Below are positions 17,349 through 26,718 of a DNA stretch of 45,558 nucleotides, in pieces. The position numbers and the translations under genes were made by a program. The stretch is from Actinomycetota bacterium. GTDB taxonomy: Bacteria > Actinomycetota > Acidimicrobiia > Acidimicrobiales > UBA8592. Positions within the stretch are counted from its first letter, which is position 1; every line of letters starts with the position of its first letter. The DNA lies in contig JBCCFK010000001.1 of the NCBI GenBank assembly GCA_039029775.1, positions 1 to 45,558 of the forward strand, in the 5' to 3' direction. The notes beneath the pieces are model-generated. The model made no database searches and was not told where the DNA came from. It saw only the letters and a program-made list of their open reading frames with translations.

Positions 17349-17927
17349 ATGGCTCCAGCCGGCGGCGTCGGTCGCCCACCCGGACCCCACGGCGACACGC
17401 TGGCGAAGATCCTGCCGACGGCCCTGCGCCTCTTCCTGGAGGAGGGCGGTGCGGCGTTGACCCCGACCCGGCTGCATCAGGAGACCGGGGTCTCACGGGC
17501 GACGATCTACCGGAACTTCCCGGAGCCGGCGGACCTGATCGAGATCATGTTGACCCGCGCCACCGAGCTGCCCCCGGACGACTGCTGGACTGGCGACCTC
17601 ACCTCCGACCTCCATCGGGCGGTCGAGACACTGCGGTTCCGCTTCGAGCACCGGCCCGCGCGAGCGTTCTTCGCCGCGACGCTCGAGTACGGCCGGACCT
17701 CGCCCCGGGTGGCCGAGACCTCCGAACGCTTCGTCGCCGGGATCCTCGAACCGATCCGGCTCGTCGTCGCCGCCGCCGTCGACGCCGGTCAGCTCGAGGG
17801 CGACGTCGACGAGCTGGTGTCGGAGGTCGCCGGCCCCCTGATGCTCGAACACGTGATCCAGGGTCGTGCCGTCTCCGAGCGTCGAGCCCGCGAGGTGGTC
17901 GACGCGTTCCTCTCCCATCGTCGCTGA
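17349..17927 (+). CDS. TetR/AcrR family transcriptional regulator
   Basis: ORF 17349..17927. HTH region: ILPTALRLFLEEGGAALTPTRLHQETGVSRATIYRNFPEPADL. Confidence 0.88.
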   Translation: MAPAGGVGRPPGPHGDTLAKILPTALRLFLEEGGAALTPTRLHQETGVSRATIYRNFPEPADLIEIMLTRATELPPDDCWTGDLTSDLHRAVETLRFRFEHRPARAFFAATLEYGRTSPRVAETSERFVAGILEPIRLVVAAAVDAGQLEGDVDELVSEVAGPLMLEHVIQGRAVSERRAREVVDAFLSHRR

Positions 17928-18006
17928 GGCGTCGCCCGGGCTGACCTTTCGTCAGTCCGGTACGGTGATCGCCGGAACGAGCCGGACGATCAACGAGGAC
18001 CGAACC

Positions 18007-19230
18007 ATGGCCGAGGCTTACATCATCGACGCGTGCCGCACCCCGCGGGGGATCGGCAAGCAGGGCAAGGGCGCGCTGGCGCATCTGCACCCCGGCCACC
18101 TCGGTCGGACCGTCCTCGAGGCGATCCGCGACCGAAACGGCATCGACACCGCAGACGTCGACGACGTGATCTGGGGCACGAGCTCACAGGTCATGGAGCA
18201 GAGCGGTGATCTCGGTCGGATGTCGGCGCTCGATGCGGGCTACGACATCAAGGCGAGCGGCGTCACCCTCGACCGCTTCTGCGGCTCGGGCATCACCAGC
18301 GCCAACATGGCCGCGACCGCGGTGATGGCCGGCATGGAGGACCTGGTGGTCTCGGGCGGCACCGAGATGATGTCGCTGCCGAAGAAGGGGATCATGCCGA
18401 TGGGTGCCGGCAACCCACACCTGCAGGAGCTGCATCCGCAGTCGCACCAGGGGGTCTGCGCCGACGCCATCGCCACGCTCGAGGGGATCCCGCGGCGGGC
18501 GCTCGACGAGCACGCGGCCGAGTCCCAGGCACGCGCCGAGGTCGCCATCAAGGAAGGCCGGTTCGACAACAGCCTCATCCCCGTCTTCAACCTCGACGGC
18601 TCGCTGGCGCTCGATCAGGAGGAGTTCCCCCGCCCCGGGACCACGGCCGACTCGCTGGCCAACCTCCAGCCGAGCTTCCCGGCGATCGCCGACTACCGCC
18701 ACGACGAAGACGGACTCACGTTCCGCGAGCAGATCAATGCCAAGTACCCCGACCTCGAGATCGAGCACGTGCACCATGCAGGCAACAGCTCCGGCGTGGT
18801 CGACGGTTCGGCGGCGATCCTCTGGGCCTCGGCGGAGTACGCGCAGGCCCACGGTCTCCAGCCGCGCGCCCGGGTGGTGGCCACCGGCAACATGGGCGAC
18901 GACCCGACGCTGATGCTCAACGCACCGGTGCCGTCTGCCAAGAAGGTGCTCAAGCGGGCCGGTATGACGCTGGACGACATCGACCTGTTCGAGATCAACG
19001 AGGCCTTCGCCGTCGTGTCCGAGAAGTTCCAGCGCGACCTCGACCTCGACCGCTCCAAGGTCAACGTCAACGGTGGCGCCATGGCGCTCGGCCATCCGAT
19101 CGGCGCCACCGGTGCGATCCTGATCGGCACCTGCCTCGACGAGCTCGAGCGTCAGGACAAGCAGGTCGGCCTGATCACGATGTGCGCGGGCGGCGGCATG
19201 GCCCCGGCGATCATCATCGAGCGGGTCTGA
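18007..19230 (+). CDS. Acetyl-CoA C-acyltransferase (thiolase)
   Basis: Part of ORF 17866..19230 from the ATG at 18007: MAEAYIIDACRTPRG...LDRFCGSGITSA (active-site Cys)...NEAFAVV...NGGAMALGHPIGATG...MCAGGGMA. Confidence 0.93.
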   Translation: MAEAYIIDACRTPRGIGKQGKGALAHLHPGHLGRTVLEAIRDRNGIDTADVDDVIWGTSSQVMEQSGDLGRMSALDAGYDIKASGVTLDRFCGSGITSANMAATAVMAGMEDLVVSGGTEMMSLPKKGIMPMGAGNPHLQELHPQSHQGVCADAIATLEGIPRRALDEHAAESQARAEVAIKEGRFDNSLIPVFNLDGSLALDQEEFPRPGTTADSLANLQPSFPAIADYRHDEDGLTFREQINAKYPDLEIEHVHHAGNSSGVVDGSAAILWASAEYAQAHGLQPRARVVATGNMGDDPTLMLNAPVPSAKKVLKRAGMTLDDIDLFEINEAFAVVSEKFQRDLDLDRSKVNVNGGAMALGHPIGATGAILIGTCLDELERQDKQVGLITMCAGGGMAPAIIIERV

Positions 19231-19234
19231 GCCG

Positions 19235-19825
19235 ATGCCGAACCGGATCGAGCCGCTGCCGCGCGAGGAATTGGCCGAGTTCGAGGACGGCCTGGCACTG
19301 ATCGAAGGCCTGATGGGCTTTGTCCCGACGTCGATGCACGCGATGGCGCGGGTCCCCGGCCTGGTGCCGGCGTTCCTCGCCATGGGGAACGCCGCCATGG
19401 CCAACGGCCTGCTCCCGCCCGGGCTGCCGCACATGATCTCCCACGTCACGTCCTTCGGTGCCGGGTGCCGCTACTGCCAGGCCCACACCGCTCACACCGT
19501 GGAACGGAACGGACTCGCACCGGAGAAGGTCGCCGAGCTCTGGAACTTCGAGCACAGCGACCTGTTCGACGACGCGGAGCGCGCTGCACTGCGGATCGCC
19601 TTCGGTGCCGGTCAGAGCCCCAACGCGGTGACCGACGAGGACTTCGAGCGAGCCCGCGAGTTCTACGACGACGCGCAGCTCGCCGCGATCGTCGCGGCCG
19701 CGTCGTTCTTCGGGTACCTCAACCGTTGGAACGACACCGTCGCCACCGCGCTCGAGGAGGAGCCGCTCACCTTCGCCGCCGAGCGGCTCGGCGGCGAGGC
19801 CTGGGACCCCGGCAAGCACGCCTGA
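19235..19825 (+). CDS. Carboxymuconolactone decarboxylase (AhpD-like) family protein
   Basis: ORF 19235..19825. It carries the CxxC motif typical of the AhpD/CMD fold (SFGAGCRYCQAHTAH) and starts 4 nt after the thiolase stop. Confidence 0.8.
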   Translation: MPNRIEPLPREELAEFEDGLALIEGLMGFVPTSMHAMARVPGLVPAFLAMGNAAMANGLLPPGLPHMISHVTSFGAGCRYCQAHTAHTVERNGLAPEKVAELWNFEHSDLFDDAERAALRIAFGAGQSPNAVTDEDFERAREFYDDAQLAAIVAAASFFGYLNRWNDTVATALEEEPLTFAAERLGGEAWDPGKHA

Positions 19826-20293
19826 TCAGTCGGGCGCCCCCACGAGATCGGCGACCGACCGCAAGAGCGGTGTTGCCAGCGCGAGCTGGGTCTCGGTGTG
19901 GGAGACCTCGTCCAGCGCGGCGATCTCCTGCAGGATGCGATGGAGGTCTTCGTTGGTCGTGGCCACGATCTTCAGGAGGAGGTCGCCCGACCCCGTGACC
20001 GTGTGCACCTCGAGGACCTCGGGGATCCTGCTGAGGTGCTCGATCGTGCGGTCGTGGCGACCCTGCGCGATCGACAAGGTCGTGAACGCCCGCACGTCGT
20101 AGCCTGCCGCCGCGGCGTCCATGTCGGGGCCGAAGCCGGTGATGATGCCGCGCTCGATCAGACGCTCCAGTCGGGACTGCACGGTCCCCCGAGCCAGGGC
20201 CAGGCGACGTGCGAGGTCGGAGATGCCGGCGCGCGGGCGGCGCCGCAGTTGACCCACGAGGCGCCGGTCGGTGTCGTCGAGTGCCGGACTCAA
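19826..20293 (-). CDS. Lrp/AsnC family transcriptional regulator
   Basis: Part of ORF 19826..20392: LDDTDRRLVGQLRRRPRAGISDLARRLALARGTVQSRLERLIERGIITGF...VHTVTGSGDLLLKIVATTNEDL. The TTG at 20293 gives the usual family length of about 155 aa. The start is uncertain. Confidence 0.85.
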   Translation of the reverse strand: MSPALDDTDRRLVGQLRRRPRAGISDLARRLALARGTVQSRLERLIERGIITGFGPDMDAAAAGYDVRAFTTLSIAQGRHDRTIEHLSRIPEVLEVHTVTGSGDLLLKIVATTNEDLHRILQEIAALDEVSHTETQLALATPLLRSVADLVGAPD

Positions 20294-20330
20294 GATGCTC
20301 GGTCTCGGTGGCTGGCGCCCTGCACGGATT

Positions 20331-20388
20331 GGACAGACTGTCCAACCTGGGTGCCCATTGGCAACAACATGTGCATCATCATTGCACA
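20331..20388. promoter_or_regulatory. Two inverted repeats in the Lrp / HPPD-like divergent spacer
   Basis: GGACAG-a-CTGTCC (20331-20343) and TGTGCA-tcatcat-TGCACA (20370-20388), inside a visibly AT-richer 170-bp intergenic region. Confidence 0.45.
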
Positions 20389-20463
20389 TCACTCGTGAAT
20401 AGTGCTCAATGGAGGAACAGAACGGCGCAGATCGTTCACCAGATCACGAAAGGACTGGTCAGG

Positions 20464-21093
20464 ATGAGCCCCCATCTCAAGAAGGTCGATCACATCACCT
20501 ACGCGTGTGAGCAGGGCACCATCGAACGGTGGGCCTGGTTCCACATCGAGGTCGAGGGCGGCACCCTCATCAACCGCATCGACGACGTCCGGCCCGACGA
20601 TCGCGACTCGAGCATGAAGATCTGGTGCATCGACTACGGCGACTTCGGCGTCGCCCTGATCGAGGGCATCGATCGTGCGCAGAAGTCCCAGGTCACCAAG
20701 TTCGTCGATGTCCACGGCGACCACGCCGTGCAGCACGTCGCGTACGACACCCACGATCTGGAGAAGTTCCAGGCGCACATGAAGAAGATGGGCGGCACGC
20801 CCCGTGGCGAGACGCTCGTCCGCAACGACGGCTTCGGGATCCTGAAGCAGATGTTCGCCCGTGGCTACGCCGAGGGCGACGCCGCGGAGGCCTCGTTCCC
20901 CGAGTACGTGCAGCGCCCCAACCCGGGTGAGACCGATGCCGAGGTGGCGATCACCTTCGCGGAGGAGACCGGCAAGGGCTTCTACGACCAGATCGAGGAC
21001 GCCGTCGCCGCTGGCGACGAGGCTCCCTTCTTCGACTTCAGCCGGATGCCGGAGGACTGGGAGGTCCCCGCCGCCCAACCGAAGGGCGTCTGA
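20464..21093 (+). CDS. VOC-superfamily dioxygenase resembling the C-terminal catalytic domain of 4-hydroxyphenylpyruvate dioxygenase
   Basis: Part of ORF 20209..21093 from the ATG at 20464 (GAAAGGA upstream). Segments match the HPPD iron-ligand regions: KVDHITYAC (His), HAVQHVAYDT (His), FPEYVQR (Glu). There is also ILKQMF and a GKGFYDQIEDAV tail. It is only 209 aa. Confidence 0.65.
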   Translation: MSPHLKKVDHITYACEQGTIERWAWFHIEVEGGTLINRIDDVRPDDRDSSMKIWCIDYGDFGVALIEGIDRAQKSQVTKFVDVHGDHAVQHVAYDTHDLEKFQAHMKKMGGTPRGETLVRNDGFGILKQMFARGYAEGDAAEASFPEYVQRPNPGETDAEVAITFAEETGKGFYDQIEDAVAAGDEAPFFDFSRMPEDWEVPAAQPKGV

Positions 21094-21100
21094 AGCCGGT

Positions 21101-22504
21101 TCATCCGCGGGGCAACCGAGAGGCCGGCACGAGCGCGGCCAGGGAAACGCCAGCCGCCGCGAGGTAGGCGGCCCTCCAGCCGTCGATGAACGAGTCATCG
21201 GCACCGGCGGTGTCCGCGATGTCCGCCAACGGGATGTCGTACCCCTGGCCGGCGAGAACGCCGGCCACGATCGCTGCGACCGCGGCCTGGCCGAGCACGC
21301 TGCCGAAGGTGCGGGTCACATTGGTGAACGCCCCCACCACCCCCAGGGACGCGGCCGATGTCGCACCCATCATCGAGCTGTTGGCCGGCACGTTCCACAT
21401 GGCGAGGCTGAGCCCCGCCGCGATCGTGATCGGGATGATCAGTCCGAGTGACGTGTCGAGACCGGTGAACGCGAAGACGGCCATCACCGCGGCCTGCGTG
21501 GTCAGACCTGTCACCACCGAGGGGCGCGGACCGAGTCGGTCGTAGAGGCGTCCCGAGATCTGGGCGGAGACCGCCATGCCGACCGCGTAGCAGGCCAAGA
21601 CGATCCCGGTCGTCCGCGAGGTCAGGCCGCGCACGCTGATGAGCTGGATCGGGATCAGGAGCGTCGTCGCGGCAGAGGCCGCGAACCCCATGACCCGCAC
21701 CGCGACCGCGGCCCCGAACGATGGAAGCGCGAACAGTCGCAGGTCGAGCATCGGCGCCTCGTGGCCGAGCTCGTGTCGGACGAACGCGACGATGACGATC
21801 GCCGCGCCGATGCCGCCGGCGATGATCGGGACCGACAACCAGGCGAACTCGAAGGGGTTGTTCGCCGTCACGACCACCAGCACGATGCCGAGCCCGGCGA
21901 GCACCCCACCCAGTCGATCGGCGCGGTGTCGCTGCGCGGCGGGGTCGACCGTGTCGTCGTCGAGTACCGCCGGGATGATCACGAGCGTCACGAACACCGG
22001 GACGGCCAGCAGCACGAACAGCCACTCCCACGAGAGCGGGCCGAGCAGCAGCCCGCCGACGAGCGGGCCCGAGGCCGAGGCAGCCCCCACCGCAGTCGTC
22101 TGGCCTCCCATGGCCAGACCACGCTCGTGGGGTGGGAACGCCGCGACCAGGATGCCGGTCGCGACCGACTGGGCGAGCACGTTGCCGGTGGCCGAGACCA
22201 CGCGTGCGGCGATCAACAACGGGAAGTTCGGGGCCAGGCCTGTGGCGACCAGACCGAGCCCGAAGATGCACATGCCCCACCAGAGGATGCGGCGACGACC
22301 GACCCGATCCGCCAGGGAACCGACCGGCAGCAGGCAGGCCGCCACGATCAGCGATTCGATGATGACCACCCATCCGACGGCCCTCAACGTGACGTCGAAG
22401 TCCTCCGCGATGTCCGGCAGCACGAGGAACGACATGCTCGATGCGGCGACGAGCAGGAAGTACGTCATGGCCATCGCCGCGAAGGCGCGCCACTTCGGCT
22501 CCAT
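21101..22504 (-). CDS. MFS transporter (drug:H+ antiporter-like)
   Basis: Part of ORF 21101..22627: MEPKWRAFAAMAMTYFLLVAASSMSF...LLPVGSLADRVGRRRILWWG (motif A)... An alternative GTG start at 22543 would overlap the upstream stop as GTGA. Confidence 0.88.
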   Translation of the reverse strand: MEPKWRAFAAMAMTYFLLVAASSMSFLVLPDIAEDFDVTLRAVGWVVIIESLIVAACLLPVGSLADRVGRRRILWWGMCIFGLGLVATGLAPNFPLLIAARVVSATGNVLAQSVATGILVAAFPPHERGLAMGGQTTAVGAASASGPLVGGLLLGPLSWEWLFVLLAVPVFVTLVIIPAVLDDDTVDPAAQRHRADRLGGVLAGLGIVLVVVTANNPFEFAWLSVPIIAGGIGAAIVIVAFVRHELGHEAPMLDLRLFALPSFGAAVAVRVMGFAASAATTLLIPIQLISVRGLTSRTTGIVLACYAVGMAVSAQISGRLYDRLGPRPSVVTGLTTQAAVMAVFAFTGLDTSLGLIIPITIAAGLSLAMWNVPANSSMMGATSAASLGVVGAFTNVTRTFGSVLGQAAVAAIVAGVLAGQGYDIPLADIADTAGADDSFIDGWRAAYLAAAGVSLAALVPASRLPRG

Positions 22505-22539
22505 CCGGCCGGTGAGTCGGCCGACCACGCTGGCCCGCG

Positions 22540-23961
22540 TCACCCCTCGGCCGCCGGGAGCAGCGCTCCGGGATTCATGATGCCGTCGGGGTCGAACACG
22601 TGCTTCACGGACCGCATGAGCTCCCACTCGACCGCCGGCTTCTGCGCACGGATGCGGGTCCGGAGATGCCGGCCGACGCCGTGTTCGGCTGAAAGCGTGC
22701 CGCCCATCGCGATCGTCGTCTCGTCGACCCGCTGTTCGAGTTGCGGGCGCGCTGCGAGGAACGCGTCCATGTCCTCGATGCGCGCCGGCAGGATCATCAC
22801 GTGGAGGTTCCCGTCACCGACGTGGCCGAAGCCGTAGGCGACGGCGTCGGGGACCACGTCGGCGGCAGCCGCCAGGACGGCGTCGTGGTATTCGGCCATG
22901 CGATCGACGGGCACCGCCGTGTCCATCTTCAGGCCGACTCGTTGCGTGTCCGGGAAGATCCGCTGCGGTGGCAGCTCGTCGCGGATGAGCCAGAGGCGCT
23001 CCTCCTGGTCGGAGGTGGCCGCGACGATGGCATCGAGGATCCGACCCTCTGCGGCTGCGGTCTGCAGGAACGTCCCGAGCGCGTCCGTGACCGGACGGGT
23101 CGAGCCCAGCTTGACCAGTACGTAGAAGGGCGCTTCGGTCTCGATCGGCCGCGGAACGTCGTACAGCTCGCACACGCGTCGCATGCCGATCGCCGGAACC
23201 AACTCGAACGCGGTCACCAGTCCGGGTGCGGTCTCCTGGGCGAGGGCGTAGAGCTCGCTCAAGCCGTCGAGCCCGGGGATCGCCGCCAGCGCCGACTGTT
23301 CGTGGGTGGCGGGCGGGTGGAGGCGGACCACCGCCCGGGTCACCAGGCCGAGGGTTCCCTCGGACCCGATGAAGAGCTGCTTGAGGTCGTACCCCGAAGA
23401 GTCCTTGCGCAACGCCCGGGTTCCGTCCCAGACGCGGCCGTCGGCCAGCACCGCCTCGATGCCCAGGACGTTGTCGCGGAGGTTGCCGTAGCGGAGCACG
23501 TTGTTGCCGCCCGCGTCCGTCGCGATGGCGCCACCGATGGTGGCCGTACCCCTGGCGCCCCAGTCCGGGGCGAACATGCGGTCTGCCGCCGACGCCGCCT
23601 CGTGCATCGCCTGGATGGTGACGCCCGCCTGCACGGTCATGGACCAGCGGTGCGGATCGACCGCCTCGATCCGGTTCATCCGGCTGAGCGAGACCACGAT
23701 CGACGGGGTCGTGCCCGTCGGCGCAGTTCCGCCGCTCAGCCCCGTGTTCCCGCCCTGGGGCACGATGGCGACGCCGTGGTCCGCGCAGGCTTCCACGACG
23801 GCCTGGACCTCGAAGGTCGAGGCCGGGCGCACCACGGCGAGCGCGCTGCCGACGTGCACGCCCCTCGGGTCGACGAGGAACGGGGCGGCCTCGTCGCCGG
23901 TGAGGACGCCGACCTCGCCGAGCTGGGCCCGGATGGCGGCGATGGCCCGATGCTCGGTCAC
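22540..23961 (-). CDS. FAD-linked oxidase (GlcD / D-lactate or D-2-hydroxyacid dehydrogenase-like)
   Basis: Part of ORF 22540..24063: ...ALAVVRPASTFEVQAVVEACADHGVAIVPQGGNTGLSGG (PCMH-type FAD-binding domain)...GTLSAEHGVGR...IFDPDGIMNPG. I chose the GTG at 23961 to avoid overlapping the divergent gene at 24030. The start is uncertain. Confidence 0.88.
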   Translation of the reverse strand: MTEHRAIAAIRAQLGEVGVLTGDEAAPFLVDPRGVHVGSALAVVRPASTFEVQAVVEACADHGVAIVPQGGNTGLSGGTAPTGTTPSIVVSLSRMNRIEAVDPHRWSMTVQAGVTIQAMHEAASAADRMFAPDWGARGTATIGGAIATDAGGNNVLRYGNLRDNVLGIEAVLADGRVWDGTRALRKDSSGYDLKQLFIGSEGTLGLVTRAVVRLHPPATHEQSALAAIPGLDGLSELYALAQETAPGLVTAFELVPAIGMRRVCELYDVPRPIETEAPFYVLVKLGSTRPVTDALGTFLQTAAAEGRILDAIVAATSDQEERLWLIRDELPPQRIFPDTQRVGLKMDTAVPVDRMAEYHDAVLAAAADVVPDAVAYGFGHVGDGNLHVMILPARIEDMDAFLAARPQLEQRVDETTIAMGGTLSAEHGVGRHLRTRIRAQKPAVEWELMRSVKHVFDPDGIMNPGALLPAAEG

Positions 23962-24029
23962 GACGGTGACGGTACTGTCCCGGGCGAACGTTCGGCACGA
24001 GATCAGCCCGGCGGAGTGAGGAGTCGACC

Positions 24030-24470
24030 ATGCGCCCGATGTCCGACGACGAGGTACTCGCATTCATGTGCGAGGGCTCCAAGACCGGCAAGCTCGCGGT
24101 CACGCGCAAGGACGGGCGACCGCACGTGTCGCCGATCTGGTTCGACCTGGATCCCGCGACCGGCGAGCTGGTGTTCGTGACCCAGATGGAGAGCGTGAAG
24201 GGTCGGTGCATCCGTCGCGACCCCCGCGTGTCGATCTGTGTCGACGTCCAGGAGATGCCCTTCGACTTCGCACGCGTCGACGGCACGGCGACGTGGACGC
24301 CCGGTGAGGACGACCCCGAGGCGATGCTGCACTGGGCCACCGAGACCTGCCGGCGCTACGTCGGTGACGACCGCGCCGAGGAGTTCGGCCGCCGCAACGC
24401 CCACCCCAGCGAGATGCTCGTCCGTGTGACCCCCACCAACATGCTCGGCGCGTACGGCGTCAGCGACTGA
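24030..24470 (+). CDS. PPOX-class probable F420-dependent enzyme
   Basis: ORF 24030..24470: ...GKLAVTRKDGRPHVSPIWFDLDPATGELVF...KGRCIRRDPRVSICVD. Confidence 0.82.
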   Translation: MRPMSDDEVLAFMCEGSKTGKLAVTRKDGRPHVSPIWFDLDPATGELVFVTQMESVKGRCIRRDPRVSICVDVQEMPFDFARVDGTATWTPGEDDPEAMLHWATETCRRYVGDDRAEEFGRRNAHPSEMLVRVTPTNMLGAYGVSD

Positions 24471-24484
24471 GGACAGGAGCCCCG

Positions 24485-25318
24485 ATGGGACGACACGCCA
24501 TCAAGACGCCGCCGCACCACGCCACCTGGGCCGAGTTCCTGGACGTGTGGCGCGCGGCCGACGAGATCGACATCTTCGAGTCCGCGTGGAACTGGGACCA
24601 CTTCTATCCGTTGGCACCGCCCTACGACGGCCCGAACCTCGAGGGGTGGACGATGCTGGGCGCGCTGGCCCAGGCGACGAGCCGCATCCGGATCGGAGCG
24701 ATGGTCAATGGCATGCACCATCGGCACCCGGCGGTCACGGCCAACATGGCGGCCACGCTGGACCACTTGTCCGACGGGCGCTTCGAGCTCGGGATGGGAG
24801 CGGGCTGGAACTTCATGGAGTCCGATGCGTACGGCATTCCGCTCGGCACGCTCAAGGAGCGCTCGGATCGGTTCGAGGAGGGCATGGAGGTCATCGTGTC
24901 GCTCCTCGCGAACGAGGCGACCACGTTCTCGGGTGCGTGGTTCGAGCTCACCGACGCCTGGTGCGAGCCGAAACCCGTCCAGGATCGGATCCCCATCGTG
25001 ATCGGAGGCAAGGGTCGGATGCGGACGCTGCGCACAGCGGCCCGCTTCGCCGACCAGTGGGACATGACGTTCCCCGAGCGGCCCGCCGACTGGCTGGAGC
25101 TCGACGAGGTCCTCCGCGTGCACTGCGAGAAGGTCGGCCGCGACCAGTCGGAGATCGCGCGATCGGTGCATCTCGGCTTCGACGAGGACACCGCGGCGGG
25201 CGAACTGGCCGAAACCGCGAACGCGTTCTTCGACGTGGGGGTCGACATCGTCGTGTGGTCCATGAGAGGGACGGTGGACGCGTCCCGCCTCGAACCGCTC
25301 GCGAACGCCCTCAGCTGA
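24485..25318 (+). CDS. LLM-class (luciferase-like) probable F420-dependent oxidoreductase
   Basis: ORF 24485..25318: ...FESAWNWDHFYP...LGALAQATSRIRIGAMV...HRHPAVTANMAATLDHLSDGRFELGMGAGW...IPIVIGGKG. Confidence 0.88.
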   Translation: MGRHAIKTPPHHATWAEFLDVWRAADEIDIFESAWNWDHFYPLAPPYDGPNLEGWTMLGALAQATSRIRIGAMVNGMHHRHPAVTANMAATLDHLSDGRFELGMGAGWNFMESDAYGIPLGTLKERSDRFEEGMEVIVSLLANEATTFSGAWFELTDAWCEPKPVQDRIPIVIGGKGRMRTLRTAARFADQWDMTFPERPADWLELDEVLRVHCEKVGRDQSEIARSVHLGFDEDTAAGELAETANAFFDVGVDIVVWSMRGTVDASRLEPLANALS

Positions 25319-25808
25319 CCGCGGCCACGATGGCCCGGACGAGCTGGTCTGCGGGCCGGCGAGCGTCGAGGCGCAGATCGGCGACCGCGGCGAGCGCGGG
25401 CTCGCGTCGTTCGATCAGCGCGGCGATCTCGGCGAGCGTGATCGACCGTCGGTGCCGGCCGGTTCCGATCCGCTCGAGCAGCGGCTCGGGATCGAGGTCC
25501 AGCGTCACCACGAAGGGCGCGGCCAGCGCCCGCCGGCAATCCTCGCGATCGACCACCGACGCCGCCGCTGCGATGACCGAAGGTGTGTCACCGCCCAACG
25601 CGTCGAGCAGCACCGCCGCCTCGAGGGCGTGAAGGGCCGGGACACCGTCGGCTTCGGCGATCGCCCGTCCCGTCCGGCCGGTGTCGGCCTCGATGTCGGC
25701 GTCGCTGTCGCGCACGGGCCTGCCGAGCGCCGTCGCCGTCGCCACGGCCGTGGTGGTCTTGCCCACACCCATCGGTCCGATCACGACGATGTGCTCCGGC
25801 ACGGTCAT
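25311..25808 (-). CDS. Shikimate kinase-like P-loop kinase
   Basis: C-terminal 165 aa of ORF 25311..26519: MTVPEHIVVIGPMGVGKTTTAVATATALGRPVRDSDADIEADTGR...IAEADGVPALHALEAAVL. It shows Walker A plus the DxD and E..F/H..E pattern of AroK/AroL-like kinases. It starts 23 nt after the phhA-like stop. Confidence 0.75.
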   Translation of the reverse strand: MTVPEHIVVIGPMGVGKTTTAVATATALGRPVRDSDADIEADTGRTGRAIAEADGVPALHALEAAVLLDALGGDTPSVIAAAASVVDREDCRRALAAPFVVTLDLDPEPLLERIGTGRHRRSITLAEIAALIERREPALAAVADLRLDARRPADQLVRAIVAAVS

Positions 25809-25831
25809 GGCGCGGAGGGTACTGCGGTCGC

Positions 25832-26644
25832 TCAGGCGGTCGCTCGCAGCGAGTCGATCATGTCGTCGTCGGCGTCGGCGAAGAACTCGCCGACCACGTC
25901 GGTGACCTCCGCCAGGGACCGGGCGGCGAACAGCACCGGTTGGTAGGCGTCGATGTCGTAGGGGAGCGTGCCCATCGCCGAGATGTCGAGCGGGCGAAAG
26001 AGGGCCTCGGAACGGAACCAGTCGAGTTCGCCCGCCGATGAGAGCAGCCCTGCGCCGTAGGCGAGTGGACCACGGTCGCTCTCGAGTACGCCGAACTCCG
26101 CGCTGAACCAGAAGACGTCGGCGAGGAACTGGCGGGAGCTCTCCCGCTGAACGCGGGTCATCGCGGCACCCGCCGCTCGATGCAACAGGGCCAGGTGCGG
26201 GTCGGCCAGGCATGTGGCGTGGCCGAGGACCTCGTGGAGGACATCCGGCTCCGGCGTGTAGAGGGGCGAGGACGGGTGGCGGACGTACTGGGTCGAGAGG
26301 AAGATCCCGTCGGCGAGCGAGCCGAAGAACTCGTCGACGGGGACGAGACCGGGGACCGCTCGAAATCGGAACCCGGTCCGCCGCGCCAGACGGTCGGTCA
26401 CCTCGCGGAGCTGCGGAACCCGGTCGGTGGGAAGACCGAGGCGCTCCGACGCGATGAGGATCTCTGGCGCGGCGAACCTCCGCCAGCGGTCGAGGAGCTC
26501 GCCATGGGCGAACGACCACGTGTCGTCCTCGATCTGCAGATAGGCGATGTCCTGGGGGTCCCGCTCCGGCCCGCGGGCGGCGCCGGCGATCTCGCGTCGC
26601 CGTCGGGCGTAGGTCTCGTCGGGTTCGATCGCCATCACGGGCAT
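25832..26644 (-). CDS. phhA: Phenylalanine 4-hydroxylase (bacterial aromatic amino acid hydroxylase)
   Basis: ORF 25832..26644: ...YVRHPSSPLYTPEPDVLHEVLGHATCL (2-His iron motif)...VFWFSAEFGV (Glu ligand)...AYGAGLLSSAGE. These are hallmark motifs of biopterin-dependent hydroxylases. Confidence 0.88.
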   Translation of the reverse strand: MPVMAIEPDETYARRRREIAGAARGPERDPQDIAYLQIEDDTWSFAHGELLDRWRRFAAPEILIASERLGLPTDRVPQLREVTDRLARRTGFRFRAVPGLVPVDEFFGSLADGIFLSTQYVRHPSSPLYTPEPDVLHEVLGHATCLADPHLALLHRAAGAAMTRVQRESSRQFLADVFWFSAEFGVLESDRGPLAYGAGLLSSAGELDWFRSEALFRPLDISAMGTLPYDIDAYQPVLFAARSLAEVTDVVGEFFADADDDMIDSLRATA

Positions 26645-26702
26645 GTGACCATTGTCGCGAATCGTGATTGCTTCGTCTCGTCGTGCGGATCAGATCGAGA
26701 TG

Positions 26703-26712
26703 ATCATATGAT
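26703..26712. promoter_or_regulatory. Perfect 10-bp palindrome ATCATATGAT in the phhA / Lrp divergent spacer
   Basis: Read directly from the sequence. It lies in an AT-rich 74-bp intergenic region, 7 nt upstream of the Lrp ATG at 26719. Confidence 0.4.
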
Positions 26713-26718
26713 TGGTTT

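Noticed and set aside
19821-19830. The shared sequence GCCTGATCA at two convergent gene ends (19821-19829 and 28351-28359)
   Set aside because: TGATCA is simply two back-to-back stop codons (TGA on each strand) of abutting convergent genes. A 9-nt match is expected by chance.
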